Positions 62,939-64,000 of a stretch of 64,000 nucleotides of DNA are shown here, in pieces. The DNA comes from a bacterium. Its GTDB lineage: Bacteria; Patescibacteriota; Minisyncoccia; Phycocordibacterales; Phycocordibacteraceae. Under the pieces are notes generated by a model. That model did not search any database, was not told where the DNA came from, and saw nothing but the letters and a program-made list of their open reading frames with translations. Numbering within the stretch: position 1 is the stretch's first letter; each line of letters begins with the position of its first letter. The stretch is from contig JAJYCP010000001.1 of the NCBI GenBank assembly GCA_021778295.1, positions 66,513 through 130,512 on the forward strand, in the 5' to 3' direction. The position numbers and the translations under genes are program-made.

Positions 62939-63952
62939 CTAACGAATAATCACTTTCTCGACTGCATAAATGTTTCTGACGGCATAGTGGCTTGAAAAAC
63001 TGATGTCGTTGCCGTTTGCGACGTACGGATCGCGCATAATGTAATTGCCTCTTTGGCCGCTGACTAAGACCACAAAATGAGTGCCGCCATATGCTCGGAG
63101 TCCGACGATGACCGGATTACCGGTTGAAAGCGTCGCGTCGATCGTCGAGGCTATGCGAGTTGCGGAAATACCGTCCACATACGTCGTGAAAAGGAGGAGT
63201 GCCGGATAATAGGCCGCAAAATTGCTGGGATTTGAATTTATCGTAAGAGGCGTCACATTGCGATACCCATAGTGCGTCAAGACCATTGCCATGGCGGTCA
63301 CAAGACACCCGTCGCTCGCAAAGCGGTATTTCGTACCGTTGATAGGAATATTGCCCCAGAGCGCATCGCGCTGGTTGTAGTAACATCCCCACGCATCGCA
63401 CACGGTTTGATTCGTGAGAAGTTTCGAACCGCCGGCGGCCGTGACGAAAGTCGAAAAGCTTTCCAGTTCCGCTTGCGCTGCTGCAAGAAGTCTTTGGTAA
63501 TTTGATTCGCTGTTTTTTGTCTGCGCGAGCAATTGCTGCTGCGCAATTTTGCTTTCGGTAAGCGATCTGTTTTGGGCGGTCAATTGCGATTGCAAGGACA
63601 GGAGGTTCGTTTTCATCGCGGTTATTTGGCTGCGATTCGCCGCAAGCGTCGTGCGTACGGCGCGTAAATTGCTGATGTTGTTTGCAAGCGCTCTATTGAA
63701 CTGGACGGCGTCATCAACGGCCTGCCACGCATCGCGCAAGGAATTCGAGGAAATGATCATGGCGATGAAAGAAGATTGGTCGTTCTCCGCGACGTTCTGG
63801 AGCGCCTTCCCGATCGCGATCTGATCGGCGGCGATGGACGTTTCCTTGTCGCCCATAGAAAGCGTAAGTTCCCGTATCCGTAAATTAGCGGAATCGATTT
63901 CGTTCTGGGTCATCCTGATTTTTATGGCGAGCTGTTTTTGAGAGAGGGCCAT
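62939..63952 (-). CDS. Coiled-coil protein with a C-terminal C39-like (Peptidase_C39_2) cysteine-peptidase domain.
   Basis: N-terminal 200-aa coiled coil. The C-terminal domain carries the candidate catalytic Cys in DGCLVTAMAMVLTHYGY. The true N-terminus may lie beyond the window end. Confidence 0.6.
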   Translation of the reverse strand: MALSQKQLAIKIRMTQNEIDSANLRIRELTLSMGDKETSIAADQIAIGKALQNVAENDQSSFIAMIISSNSLRDAWQAVDDAVQFNRALANNISNLRAVRTTLAANRSQITAMKTNLLSLQSQLTAQNRSLTESKIAQQQLLAQTKNSESNYQRLLAAAQAELESFSTFVTAAGGSKLLTNQTVCDAWGCYYNQRDALWGNIPINGTKYRFASDGCLVTAMAMVLTHYGYRNVTPLTINSNPSNFAAYYPALLLFTTYVDGISATRIASTIDATLSTGNPVIVGLRAYGGTHFVVLVSGQRGNYIMRDPYVANGNDISFSSHYAVRNIYAVEKVIIR

Positions 63953-64000
63953 CGAGCTGATAGTCGATTGCAGTGTATTTTTCTTCGCAGCGAGTATGTT

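Overview
The window is a 64-kb, roughly 57% GC bacterial chromosomal fragment, densely coding (about 90 genes, both strands).

Core content is housekeeping:
- Translation: L21, L27, L9, HPF, RRF, Def/Fmt, short-form ProRS, LysRS, CysRS, GreA, tRNA-Asn(GTT), tRNA-Glu(CTC).
- Replication and repair: DnaB, RecR, RmuC, AlkA-like glycosylase, a short pol III delta'.
- Rod shape and cell wall: MurA, two MreB paralogs, MreC/MreD, PBP2, and a truncated dcw cluster mraZ-rsmH-ftsL-ftsI-murF that ends in tRNA-Glu.
- No rRNA, CRISPR array, integrase or transposase was seen.

Native high-GC genes mostly lack Shine-Dalgarno sequences, and many have a TATAGT/TATACT hexamer 6-9 nt before the ATG, suggesting leaderless mRNAs. 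Short gene versions (HolB 231 aa, ProRS 418 aa) suggest a streamlined lineage, possibly CPR/Patescibacteria-like; that is an inference, not verifiable here.

Three lower-GC islands (about 12.99-14.25 kb, 18.05-21.80 kb, 24.47-26.57 kb) carry accessory genes that do have SD sequences.

Most notable observations:
1. A 2.1-kb low-GC cassette sits at the 3' end of a histidine-kinase gene, flanked by perfect 64-bp direct repeats. It encodes an MdnC-like graspetide ATP-grasp ligase, a ChaN/Tiki-like putative metalloprotease, and an unannotated 47-aa precursor-like peptide with a PFFARFL-like leader motif (LPFLLEFA).
2. A tightly coupled operon encodes an E1-like (ThiF) enzyme, a Leu/Phe/Val-type amino-acid dehydrogenase and a PaaK-like adenylating enzyme, next to two tandem TrmB regulators.
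3. Four MITE/REP-like palindromic elements with conserved GAACCCATTTCAAACCCCC termini each abut a stop codon.
4. A cytochrome b6-like membrane protein has a roughly 230-aa C-terminal extension.
5. A 96-bp promoter plus 5' leader module is duplicated upstream of two unrelated island genes.
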